This document shows positions 31,548-40,725 of a DNA stretch of 64,000 nt, piece by piece. Under the pieces are notes generated by a model. It ran no database searches and was not told the origin of the DNA. It saw only the letters and a program-made list of their open reading frames with translations. Location: assembly GCA_046484865.1 (NCBI GenBank), contig JAWOID010000061.1, forward strand, positions 15,802-79,801, in the 5' to 3' direction. Source of the stretch: Candidatus Krumholzibacteriia bacterium (GTDB taxonomy: Bacteria; Krumholzibacteriota; Krumholzibacteriia; LZORAL124-64-63). Each line of letters starts with the position of its first letter. The first letter of the stretch is position 1. A program made the position numbers and the translations under genes.

Positions 31548-33770
31548 CTACTGCACCATGATCATCTTGCGCTTCTCCAGGATGTCGCCCGCACGGAGCT
31601 GATAGAAGTAGACCCCGCTGGGCAGCCGGCGTCCGGCGTCGTCCAGCCCCTGCCACGACAGGGTATGCTCGCCGGCGGCGAAGTCGCCGTCGGCCAGCGT
31701 GTGCACGGTCCTTCCCCGCACATCGAAGATCCGCAGGTCCACCGCGCGGGCCGTGGGCAGACGGAAGCTGATGTTCGTGGAGGGATTGAACGGATTGGGC
31801 GTGTTCTGCGCCAGGAGCGGCACCGGATCCGGCGAGGCGTCGTTTCGGGCCATGAGGTCGACCGCCGGCATCGGGCCCACGTAGAAGGGCCGCATCATCT
31901 CGTGGTCCTCGTGGGAGAGGATGTGGCAGTGCCAGACGTACCGGCCGGGCCGGTCGAACCTGGCGACGATGCGGGTCACCTCGCCCGGCAGCATGACGGC
32001 GGTGTCCTTCCAGCCGGCCTCGTTATCGGCCGGAGGTCGCGCATCGCCGCCCAGCGCGGTGACCTGCAGGACGCCGCCCACGCCGAACGTACCGTCGTGC
32101 TGCGGCTGCGGCTTCTCCTCGACGAAGCCCTCGAACGATTCGCGGTCGATGATCTGGAACGACACCAGGTGAACGTGGATCGGGTGGGCGTCCTCGGTGG
32201 CGTTGTAGACCTCCCACACCTCGACGTCGTTCAGCATGGGGTTCTCGGTGATCGGGGCGAACCAGGCGAGCGATCCTTCCTCCAGGGTGCCGAGCAGCGG
32301 CTGCAGGCGCCCGTACTGATCGAGGCCCTCGAAGAGGGCGAGCTGGCGGATGGCACCGTCCCGCTGGAGAGGCGCGATCGGCGGTCGCAGCATCGTACCC
32401 GTGTCGACCGTGGCGTCGGGAACGTCGGGATCGAGGGGCAGCGTGACCGCGAACTTCATGAGCTGTCCGGTGGTCTGGGGGTCGGCCGGCGGCAGCGTGC
32501 CGCCCTCGCCGTCGCTGAGGCTCCCGTCGGGGTTGAAGCCCTTCAGCGGGTCGTCGGGACCGAAGTTGCGCAGGTACAGCTCGGTGCCGGGCGAGAAGGA
32601 CGCGAAGTCGATCACCAGGTCCATGCGCTCGCCCGGGGCGATCAGCAGCCGATCCAGCGCCACCGGCGTCGGCAGCAGCCCGGTGTCGGTGCCGATCTGC
32701 AGGAACTCCTGGGCCGCGCCGTCGAAGCGGTCGTCACGCAACTCGATCACGTAGAACCGCGAGTCGGAGCCGTTCAGGAGCCGGAAGCGATACTTGCGCG
32801 GCTCCACCTCGAGCACCGGCCAGGCCGTGGCATTCACGAGGATGAAGTCGCCGAAGAACTCCGCGATCGCGCTCGGAACCGGCGGCAGCGGATCGAATCC
32901 CGGCTCGATCTCCGGATCGGTCGACGGATAGAACAGCTCACCGTCGCTGGTGAACATGCGGTCCTGCACCACGACCTCGATCTCGTAGGGACCGCCCGGC
33001 AGGACGTGACTGCCGGTCAGCTGCAGCTCGTTCTCGTCGCGCAGCAGGTAGAAGCCGGCCAGCCCGGCGTACACGTTCAGGCGCGTGATGCCCAGCGCAT
33101 GATCGTGATACCAGAGCGTGGCCGCCTCCTGGCTGTTGTCGTAGCGGTAGGTGCGCTTGACGAACTCGGGGCCGGTCTCGCGCCAGCCCTGGGTGAACCA
33201 GGCCTCCGGCAGCCCGTCGCTGGCAGATTCGCTGTGACCACCGTGCAGGTGGGTCACGGTGGGAATGCCGCCCTTGACGGGATGCGCGAGGTGGAGGGTG
33301 GGATCGACCGGAAGCAGGTGTCCGCCCAGGCCGGGGAAGTCCCGGTTGTAGTGGGGCAACTGATTGTGCCAGCGGACCTCCACGGGCGTGTCGCGCATGG
33401 CGACGAAGGTGGGGCCCGGATACGTGACGCTGGGCGGGCTCGGCCGCTCGCCGGGTCTCCCCCGGTCGCCGGCCTGCGGGGGCGGCCCCGAGGCATGCGG
33501 CACCATGTAGCCCCACACCGTGGTCAGGAGCGGGTCGCCCTCCGAAGACACCAGCCCCAGCCACTGCTCCGTCTCGCGCATGAAGCCGTTGTAGCGCCCG
33601 CCGCCGGTGGCATCGATGCGGGCAGGCACCGGTAGCGGGTTGTCGAACTTGGGATGGTCGGCAGGGTCCAGGAGAGCCTGGGCCGGGGCGGGAGGGGCGA
33701 CGAGCATGCTCAGGGCGAGCACGATGGCGCCGGTCGCCAGGCCCCATCGGTGGAAAGTCGCAACCTTCAT
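31548..33770 (-). CDS. Multicopper oxidase (CotA/bilirubin oxidase-like) with FlgD-like C-terminal domain
   Basis: HLHG, WYHDH, HPIHVH, HCHILSHEDHEMM copper ligands; signal peptide; QNTPNPFNP...SGVYFY. Confidence 0.93.
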   Translation of the reverse strand: MKVATFHRWGLATGAIVLALSMLVAPPAPAQALLDPADHPKFDNPLPVPARIDATGGGRYNGFMRETEQWLGLVSSEGDPLLTTVWGYMVPHASGPPPQAGDRGRPGERPSPPSVTYPGPTFVAMRDTPVEVRWHNQLPHYNRDFPGLGGHLLPVDPTLHLAHPVKGGIPTVTHLHGGHSESASDGLPEAWFTQGWRETGPEFVKRTYRYDNSQEAATLWYHDHALGITRLNVYAGLAGFYLLRDENELQLTGSHVLPGGPYEIEVVVQDRMFTSDGELFYPSTDPEIEPGFDPLPPVPSAIAEFFGDFILVNATAWPVLEVEPRKYRFRLLNGSDSRFYVIELRDDRFDGAAQEFLQIGTDTGLLPTPVALDRLLIAPGERMDLVIDFASFSPGTELYLRNFGPDDPLKGFNPDGSLSDGEGGTLPPADPQTTGQLMKFAVTLPLDPDVPDATVDTGTMLRPPIAPLQRDGAIRQLALFEGLDQYGRLQPLLGTLEEGSLAWFAPITENPMLNDVEVWEVYNATEDAHPIHVHLVSFQIIDRESFEGFVEEKPQPQHDGTFGVGGVLQVTALGGDARPPADNEAGWKDTAVMLPGEVTRIVARFDRPGRYVWHCHILSHEDHEMMRPFYVGPMPAVDLMARNDASPDPVPLLAQNTPNPFNPSTNISFRLPTARAVDLRIFDVRGRTVHTLADGDFAAGEHTLSWQGLDDAGRRLPSGVYFYQLRAGDILEKRKMIMVQ

Positions 33771-33947
33771 GGATCGTCTCCTTCGTGATGGCTGGTCATG
33801 ATGGCCGCCGGAATCCCGCCGGGCGTCCCCCGTACTCGAACGTCGAGCCCCCGACAGGCGGTGAATGCGTTCACCAGGACGGCTTATGTCCAGTTTAGAA
33901 GGGGCTTCGATTCCCCGCCACGGGCCGGGGCGGGCGGAGCGACGAGG

Positions 33948-34718
33948 TCAGCCGGCGACCCGGAGCGGCCGGCCGGCCGCGTGCCGGCTCGCCACGTGCA
34001 GTGTCCTGGCGGGGCCGAGTCGGTGCCGGCACGCTGCGAGGGCGAGATCGGGGCGGTTGTTCTGCGCCGAGAGATGGGCCAGGCAGGCCCACTGCAGACG
34101 GCCGTCGCAGCCGGCGAGCAGATCGGCCGCGTCGACGTTCGAGAGATGCCCGGCCGGGCCGGCGATCCGCTGCTTGAGGAACGCCGGATAGGGTCCGGTT
34201 CGCAGCAGTTCCGGATCGTGGTTGCTCTCCAGCACCACGGCATCGAGCGAGGCCACCAGCGGTTCCAGTCCGGCGAACGCATGGCCGAGATCGGTCAGCA
34301 CGCCCACCCGTGCCCCGGCGGTCTCCACCACCAGCGCCACGCCGTCGGCCGCGTCGTGCGGCGTGGGGTAGGTGTGCACCCGGAGGGAGCCGAAATCCAG
34401 CGTTTCGCCCGCGCGAAACCGCTCCACCCGCTCCAGCCTCCCCAGCGACCGGGCGCAGGCCTGCAGCGTTCGCTCCGTGACATGCAACGGCAGTCCGAAC
34501 TTGCGCTGGAACACGCCGGCGCACCGCACGTGATCGCCGTGGTCGTGCGTGAGCACGACCGCGTCGACGCGGCGAATGTCCACGCCGCAGGCGGCGAGCC
34601 GCTGCTCGGCCTGGCGGCCGCTGATGCCCGCGTCGAACAGCAGTCGCACGCCCGCGCTCTCGACGTAGACGCAGTTGCCGCAGCTGCCGCTCTGCAGGGG
34701 GATGACGGTGATGCTCAT
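33948..34718 (-). CDS. MBL-fold metallo-hydrolase (YycJ/WalJ-like)
   Basis: SGSCGN, DAG, THDHGDH, HDA, TDLG, ESNHD, GHLSN, HLSAQNN. Confidence 0.9.
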   Translation of the reverse strand: MSITVIPLQSGSCGNCVYVESAGVRLLFDAGISGRQAEQRLAACGVDIRRVDAVVLTHDHGDHVRCAGVFQRKFGLPLHVTERTLQACARSLGRLERVERFRAGETLDFGSLRVHTYPTPHDAADGVALVVETAGARVGVLTDLGHAFAGLEPLVASLDAVVLESNHDPELLRTGPYPAFLKQRIAGPAGHLSNVDAADLLAGCDGRLQWACLAHLSAQNNRPDLALAACRHRLGPARTLHVASRHAAGRPLRVAG

Positions 34719-34807
34719 GAGGCGACCAGAGTAGCCGCGGGAAGGCCGGCGGGCAAGACCGGCGACGATCTGGGCTTCGCCGCCGCGAGCTGCCGCCGCG
34801 GACCCGC

Positions 34808-36061
34808 TCAGCCTCGCCGCTCGAATCGCGCGAAGAAGTCGAAGAAGTCGGGCGGGCGGTGGGTGCACGCCAGCATCATCGGCTCGTGGTCGTACACGCT
34901 CGCGACGACCTCGCCGACGTGATCGAGGTGGTCTCTGGTGTACGTTCGCCGGGGCAGCGCCAGCCGCATCTTGCCGTCGAAGACCCCGGCTCGCACGCCG
35001 CCGACCAGGAAGATGGACGCGGCCAGCGAGAATGCGGCGAATTCACCTTCGTCACGGGGTAGCACCACCACTCCGTGCGCACCCACCGGCTCGAACACCC
35101 GCACGCCCCGGCGCTGCAGCCCCGCCGCCAGATAGCGCACGCCGTCCACGTGGGCCGTCACCACGCGCTCGTCGACCGCCTCCTCGAGGCCCACCGTCAT
35201 GGCCGCCAGATCGCGCGCAGCGAGCCCGCCGGCCGTGGGGTACGATTCCTGCCGGATGACCTCGTGCTGCAGGCGCTCGAACAGGGCGGCATCGTGCAGC
35301 CCGATCATGCCGCCCACGTTCGCGAGACCGTCCTTCTTGCAGCTCAGGTACGCCGCATGGCTCAGCCCGAACGTCTCGCGGCAGATGCGCCGGAGCGACT
35401 GCCGCGAGCGCGTGAGGCGCTTCCGCAGCAGGGCATTGCCGGCGAACCGGCCGGCGTCGAGCACGAGCGGCACGCCGAGGCGGTCGGCCACGCGGCGGGC
35501 GCCGGCGATATTCTCCAGCGAGACCGGCTGCCCGCCCATGATGTTGTTCGTGACGGTGATCAGGATCATGCCGATCGGAGCGCCGGAGCCCGCCAGGGCC
35601 TCGAGCCTCGCGAGATCGATGTTCCCGCACCACGGCGACGTGAGGTCGGACAGGTCGAGCGCCTCGCAGCCGTGCGCCTCGAGGTTGGCTCGCGTCGTCT
35701 CGAAGAACGTGTTGGATACGGCGATCCGGCCAGGCTCGATCAGCAGGCGGAAGAGCAGGCTCTCGGCGGCACGCCCCTGGTGGACGGGCTGGACGTGGGG
35801 AAAGCCGAACGTGTCGGTCGCGGTCTTGACGAACCGGGTATACGACTCCTGGCCCGAGAAGTCCTCGCGCGCGCCGATCACCTCCTGCCACTGGCGCGAA
35901 CTCATCGCGCCGGTGCCCGAGTCGGAGACGAGGTCCACGGTCACGCCGCGGGCATCGATCTGGAACGGGTTGTAACCGGCCTCGGCGAGCAGACGTTCGC
36001 GCTGCGCCCGCGAGACGGCCGGCAGCAGTTCGACGACCTTGATCCGGTAGGGCTCGTGCAT
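34808..36061 (-). CDS. Tryptophanase/tyrosine phenol-lyase family PLP-dependent beta-eliminating lyase (divergent)
   Basis: EPYRIKVVE, DSGTGAMS, HQGRAAE, TNNIMGGQPVS, SCKKDG (PLP Lys), RLALPRRTYT. Confidence 0.88.
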   Translation of the reverse strand: MHEPYRIKVVELLPAVSRAQRERLLAEAGYNPFQIDARGVTVDLVSDSGTGAMSSRQWQEVIGAREDFSGQESYTRFVKTATDTFGFPHVQPVHQGRAAESLLFRLLIEPGRIAVSNTFFETTRANLEAHGCEALDLSDLTSPWCGNIDLARLEALAGSGAPIGMILITVTNNIMGGQPVSLENIAGARRVADRLGVPLVLDAGRFAGNALLRKRLTRSRQSLRRICRETFGLSHAAYLSCKKDGLANVGGMIGLHDAALFERLQHEVIRQESYPTAGGLAARDLAAMTVGLEEAVDERVVTAHVDGVRYLAAGLQRRGVRVFEPVGAHGVVVLPRDEGEFAAFSLAASIFLVGGVRAGVFDGKMRLALPRRTYTRDHLDHVGEVVASVYDHEPMMLACTHRPPDFFDFFARFERRG

Positions 36062-36094
36062 CGCGCGTCCCTCTCGTGGCGCACCGTCCCGTCA

Positions 36095-36235
36095 GGCGAG
36101 CGAGGGTGCAGAGGCGCTGCTGGGGGCGTTGAACCCAGGATCAAAGCTCGCACACCCCAGCGGCGGCGACGCGAGGTCGGGGAGGATGGCACACCCCCCG
36201 CGACCCCCAGCAGTGCCTCTGTGCCCTCGCTCGCC
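36095..36235. repeat. 32-bp imperfect inverted repeat enclosing 77 nt; candidate structured RNA
   Basis: Arms 36095-36126 and 36204-36235 with three mismatches, all G-U on the + strand. Confidence 0.8.
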
Positions 36236-36268
36236 CGGCACGGCCTCGCTCGACGGATTGCCCGCGCG

Positions 36269-37441
36269 TCAGCCGCGCCGCTGCGCGTGCCAGGCGGCGA
36301 GCACCTTCGCCTCGCGGTCCGGCGCCAGCCCGGCCCGCTTCGTCACGCCCGCGCGCCGCTCCTCGTCCAGCTCGTCGTACCACACGAGGGTGTCGCGGAC
36401 GGTGACCGAGAGCGGCCGGAAGGTCAGGCCCGCGGCCACGGCGCGATCGATGCTGCGCTGCCCGAAGCCGGCGTACTCGCCCTCGGCCGGGATCCAGCAC
36501 GGCATGTCGCGCCAGGCGCCCACACCCTGCTCTTCGAGGAACGCGGTGTCCGCCCAGACGAATCGCGCGTTCGACCCCGAGGCATCGCGGCACGTCTCGA
36601 GCAACCGGCGCATGGTGAGCGGATGGCGCGGATGCGGGCCGATGACGTTGAAGGTACCGGACGCGCGCCGCTCCATGCAGCGCACCTCGAACGACGCGAG
36701 GTCGCGGCCGTCGATGACCTGGATCCGGTCGTCTCCCGTACCGGGCGCCAGCACCTCGCCCCCGCGCCGCACGCGCACCGGCCAGTAGACCCCGCGGAAG
36801 CTGAAATCGCGCGGGCCGACGATCAGGCCGGGGCGGAAGATGGTATGGCTGGCAGGGAAGATCGTCCGGATGCGCTGCTCGCACTCGGCCTTGAAGGCGC
36901 CGAAGAGGGCGTCGCTGTACTCGGCGTCCGGATCCTCGAGCCGCGCCACGGGCGTGTCCTCGTCCATGCCGATCCCCGAGTTGTCGGCATACACCGACAC
37001 CGACGAGACGTACTGGTAGTGGTCGACGCTGTCCTTCAGCAGGACCGCGGCGCGCTCGACGATCTGCGGGATGTGCGGCCAGATGTCGATGCAAACGTCC
37101 CAGCGGCGCCCCGCCGCCACCTCGTCGGCCAGGGCCTTCAGACCGTCGTTCGCGTCGAGTGCACGGTCTCCGACGAGGCATTCCACGTCCGGGAACAGGT
37201 CCTCGGAGCGATTGCCGCGGTTGAACATCGTGACGGAGTGACCGCGGGAGAGCAGTTCCCGGATGAGGTGCGGACCGGTCTGGCCGGTGCCGCCCAGGAT
37301 CAGCACCTTCAGGCGCCGGGAATTCCCGTCGGCCGCCCACAGGCCGCCGGGCAGAGGCGAGACGAGGCCGGCCACGCCCACGGCGGCGCCGGCGAGAGCT
37401 GCGGTCCGGAGGAAGTCGCGTCGCGAGGTATCCGTGGTCAT
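36269..37441 (-). CDS. Tat-exported NAD-dependent epimerase/dehydratase (atypical SDR)
   Basis: Tat motif SRRDFLR; LILGGTGQTG; FNRG; YVSSVSVY; RPGLIVGP; FGAFK in place of YxxxK. Confidence 0.88.
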   Translation of the reverse strand: MTTDTSRRDFLRTAALAGAAVGVAGLVSPLPGGLWAADGNSRRLKVLILGGTGQTGPHLIRELLSRGHSVTMFNRGNRSEDLFPDVECLVGDRALDANDGLKALADEVAAGRRWDVCIDIWPHIPQIVERAAVLLKDSVDHYQYVSSVSVYADNSGIGMDEDTPVARLEDPDAEYSDALFGAFKAECEQRIRTIFPASHTIFRPGLIVGPRDFSFRGVYWPVRVRRGGEVLAPGTGDDRIQVIDGRDLASFEVRCMERRASGTFNVIGPHPRHPLTMRRLLETCRDASGSNARFVWADTAFLEEQGVGAWRDMPCWIPAEGEYAGFGQRSIDRAVAAGLTFRPLSVTVRDTLVWYDELDEERRAGVTKRAGLAPDREAKVLAAWHAQRRG

Positions 37442-37663
37442 CTCGATCTCCTGCTGGTCGTGAGCGCGCCGCCCGCTCCGGCACGGTCGCCCGGTTCGCA
37501 TTCGCCGATTCGCCGGCGTCGCGCTCCGGTGACGCCGGCTGAACCCGCCCCCTACGCGGTGCGGCGGCCGACTGTTGCGACCTCGCACGGCAGCCCGCTG
37601 GCGGCCGACACGATCCCGACCGAAACTCGGTACAGGGATCAGCTGCCCGCGAGGAGGAGAATC

Positions 37664-38155
37664 ATACCTGCTCGGCCGTCTCCAGGCGACGAACTCCGTC
37701 GCCGACTCGTCTGGCTGCTCGAGGGCGGGGGTGCGCGCGCGCCCTTCGCGGACGCGGTGGCGGACCTCGCGCCCGGGTCGCAAGGCGTCCGTCCGCCCGG
37801 GGCCGATCACTCGCCCTGGGAACTGCTCGAGCACCTGCGTCTGACGCAGCTCGACATCCTCGAGTACAGCCGCGATCCCGGCGGCTACCATCCCCGCGGC
37901 TGGCCCGACGACTACTGGCCCGCCGACCAGGCGCCGCCGGACCCGCAGGCGTGGGACGCCTCCTGCCGGCAGTTCGAGAGCGACCGCCGGGCGATGGTCG
38001 CACTGCTCGAGGATCCGCAGCGCGACCTGACGGCACCGCTGGCGCCGGGCAACGATCACACGCTGCTGCGCCAGGCCGTCCTGCTGGCGGACCATGACGC
38101 CTACCACCTGGGCCAGCTGGTCCTGGTGCGCAAGCTTTTGGGCGCGTGGGGTTGA
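37664..38155 (+). CDS. DinB/YfiT-family protein (no ATG start found; ATA after strong RBS)
   Basis: HSPWELLEHLRLTQLDILEY, WPDDYWP, HTLLRQAVLLADHDAYHLGQL; 3' part of the long ORF 35075..38155. Confidence 0.8.
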   Translation: MPARPSPGDELRRRLVWLLEGGGARAPFADAVADLAPGSQGVRPPGADHSPWELLEHLRLTQLDILEYSRDPGGYHPRGWPDDYWPADQAPPDPQAWDASCRQFESDRRAMVALLEDPQRDLTAPLAPGNDHTLLRQAVLLADHDAYHLGQLVLVRKLLGAWG

Positions 38156-38300
38156 GCCTGCGTGGACACGACCCGGCGGTCGAAGTCTATCGTTCCCCCC
38201 GGGCGCGCGACGGCCGCCGACTCCCGAGGGCCGGCGGGCGCCGTTGCCGCATCCTGGTCACCCCCCCGGGACCACGATGCGGATCGTGTTCGCTCGCGAG

Positions 38301-40709
38301 CTACTTGAGCAGCACCATCGAGCGCGCATCCGTCTCGCCGTTCACCTCCAGGCGGCACAGGTAGACGCCGGAGCCCGCCATCACCCCGCCATCGTCGCAG
38401 CCGTCCCAGACGGCCACGTGCTCGCCGGTTGCCATCTCGCCCGCCTGCAACGTGCGCACCAGCTCGCCGCGCACGTCGTAGATGCGCAGCGAACCTCGGC
38501 CGCCGCGCGGCACGACGAAGCGAATCTCGGTGCGCGGGTTGAACGGATTCGGCACGTTCTGCCGCAGCGCGACTCCGGCCCGCGGCACGCGGTCGATGGC
38601 CGTGATGGTGCAGATGTCGAACAGGTCCACCGCCAGCACCTGCGGGTTGCCCGCCGCGTCGTGGTTGTCGGGGTCGATGCTCTCGCTGCGGTTGGCGCTC
38701 GACAGGCACTCGTAGACGTCGTTCAGCAGGTACTTGTACTCGATGTTCTGCTGGCTCGTGTCGGGGAACACCACCGACACCGAGTAGATGCCGTCGCCTG
38801 CCGTGGCGTCCGGGTAGACGCCGTCGTCGGCCAGCGTGTTGAGCGACGGGACGCTCCAGTCGAAGGTGGGCGGAACGGCGTGGTTGGGGGTGCCGTTCAC
38901 CGCCAGCACGTCTCCCGGCTGCAGCGGATCGTAATTCACGTTCATCGCCACGCGGAAGATCACCTCCACCGGCCGCCAGATCGTGTTGCAGAAGTCGTAC
39001 TTCACCACCGGCAGGGTGAGCGGGCCGAGCAATCCACCGGCCACGTCGTAGGCCTCGTCGTTGAGGAAGACCGAGCGGTCGCTCTGGCCGCTGCACTCGT
39101 ACTCGCCGTCGAGCAGGAACTTGTAGGCCACGTTCTTCTTGCTGCCGGCCGGGAAGCGGAGACGCGTGGAGTGGATGCCGTCGCCCGCCACCGCGTCGAC
39201 TCCGGTCCCGTCGTCCACGAGCAGGTTCGCCGACGGCACGACGAAGCTCAGCGGCGAGGTGTCGCCGTTGATCGCCACCACGCCGCCCGGCGTCCAGCTG
39301 GTGAGATTCATGTCGACGAAGAAGTCGACGTCGATGTCGTGCTGGGTGAAGGCGCTCGGGTCCTCGTCGTTCCACCACACGTCGAGCACGTCGGACGCGC
39401 CGTTCGCCAGCGTCAGCAGGTGTTCGCGGTTGCTTGCCAGCGGCTCCCAGGTGGTGCAGTTGTGGGCGAGCTTCCACTGGAGCGTCCGTTCAGCCGTTCC
39501 CGCTCCGCAATCGCCGTTGACCAGGAACACGGTTCCGTACTCCCAGATGTCGTCGGTGCCGGTATCGACCATCATCCCGCTGTCGCAGAGCGGGTCGAAC
39601 GTCAGCGGCGCGATGTTCCCCTCGACGGAGAACTGGTCGGGGGGCGAGCTGCTGTTCTGCAGGTAGGGGCCGAAGCGGCCACGGAACAGGACGTGCTTGA
39701 GCATGAAGCAGGCCCGGTCGCCGGACCCGGCGACGATGGTGTTGCCCGCAACGTCCTTCACGCCGGCGACGGTCAGCTGCCACAGGCTCGCGCTCTCGGT
39801 CAGCGGCGCGCTCAGGGTCAGGTGCACGATGTTCGGAGAGCCGGCATCGCGCACCGCGCCGGTGACGGTGACCCCGCCGCTGGTGCCGCCGCTCACGACG
39901 TAGTTGCCCGGCACCTGGGCGGTCGTCGCATCCACCGGTTCGTTGAAGTGGATGTCGAACAGCGTGCCGACGGGGAAGCTCGTGGGCTGCACCTCGGTGA
40001 CCCGGGGCGGATCCTGATCGGCCGCCGCGAGGACCGTGTACGCCAGGTACTCCGACAGCGGGATCGGTGAGGGCGTATCCCACAGCGTGAAGTCGACGGT
40101 GGAGAGCTGGCTGGCATCGCCGGCGACCGCATCGAGCGGGCCCTTCGTGTCCGCGTCCTGCGTCACCCAGGCCTCGATGTTCAGCGGCGAGCCCGCGCTC
40201 ACGCCCAGGGTGCTCAACAGCACGGCCAGTTCGTCGAAGCCGGTGGACGTGGTCCAGCCCAGGGCTCCGATGCCCGCGGTGCCGACTCCCGCCCACTCGG
40301 TGCCGGTCCAGCGGTAGGCGGCCTGCCAGTTGTTGTCGAGGTTGACGTAGAACATGAAGTCGGGCTTGTACGCAGCCGTGCTCCACTCGATCGCCCGACC
40401 CCAGGGGTCGGCGGTGCCGCCAGCCGCGGTGAAGACGTCGATGGCGACGCCCAGCTGCACCTGACCCCAGCCGCCGAGTTCGTGTTCGAAGCCGATGAAG
40501 AGGTTCACGGCGTCGTTGGTGACGTAGACGTTGCCGATGTCGATGTTCGGGAACTGGGTGTCCCCGCCATCGGCATCGAGGAGATTGCCCGGCAGGAAAT
40601 CGTTCACGCCGTCGATCACGATCGTCTGCGGCGTCTGAGACCAGGCCGGAAAGGCGATCAGCGCCAGCAGGGCCGTCGCGATCAGTGCTCTCGGAATCAT
40701 CGGACGCAT
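38301..40709 (-). CDS. Secreted non-catalytic multidomain protein: DOMON/CBM9-like, Ig-like, CBM20-like modules, FlgD-like CTD
   Basis: Signal peptide; IDG...NDAVNLFIGF; FNEPVD...NY Ig; DDG..D..AGDGI(H/Y)S x2 with AYKF/EYKY; QNVPNPFNP...WDG...SGVYL. Confidence 0.75.
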   Translation of the reverse strand: MRPMIPRALIATALLALIAFPAWSQTPQTIVIDGVNDFLPGNLLDADGGDTQFPNIDIGNVYVTNDAVNLFIGFEHELGGWGQVQLGVAIDVFTAAGGTADPWGRAIEWSTAAYKPDFMFYVNLDNNWQAAYRWTGTEWAGVGTAGIGALGWTTSTGFDELAVLLSTLGVSAGSPLNIEAWVTQDADTKGPLDAVAGDASQLSTVDFTLWDTPSPIPLSEYLAYTVLAAADQDPPRVTEVQPTSFPVGTLFDIHFNEPVDATTAQVPGNYVVSGGTSGGVTVTGAVRDAGSPNIVHLTLSAPLTESASLWQLTVAGVKDVAGNTIVAGSGDRACFMLKHVLFRGRFGPYLQNSSSPPDQFSVEGNIAPLTFDPLCDSGMMVDTGTDDIWEYGTVFLVNGDCGAGTAERTLQWKLAHNCTTWEPLASNREHLLTLANGASDVLDVWWNDEDPSAFTQHDIDVDFFVDMNLTSWTPGGVVAINGDTSPLSFVVPSANLLVDDGTGVDAVAGDGIHSTRLRFPAGSKKNVAYKFLLDGEYECSGQSDRSVFLNDEAYDVAGGLLGPLTLPVVKYDFCNTIWRPVEVIFRVAMNVNYDPLQPGDVLAVNGTPNHAVPPTFDWSVPSLNTLADDGVYPDATAGDGIYSVSVVFPDTSQQNIEYKYLLNDVYECLSSANRSESIDPDNHDAAGNPQVLAVDLFDICTITAIDRVPRAGVALRQNVPNPFNPRTEIRFVVPRGGRGSLRIYDVRGELVRTLQAGEMATGEHVAVWDGCDDGGVMAGSGVYLCRLEVNGETDARSMVLLK

Positions 40710-40725
40710 GGACTTCCTCCTCGTG

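Noticed and set aside
36095-36235. Calling the hairpin 6S RNA, SRP RNA, a tRNA fragment, attC or retron msr-msd
   Set aside because: TTGAACC is on the wrong side for 6S; no SRP GGAAG-AGCAG core, no cloverleaf, no integrase or reverse transcriptase nearby
35075-37663. N-terminal ~860 aa of ORF 35075..38155
   Set aside because: Antisense to the lyase and SDR genes; only the last ~163 codons look like a real DinB protein
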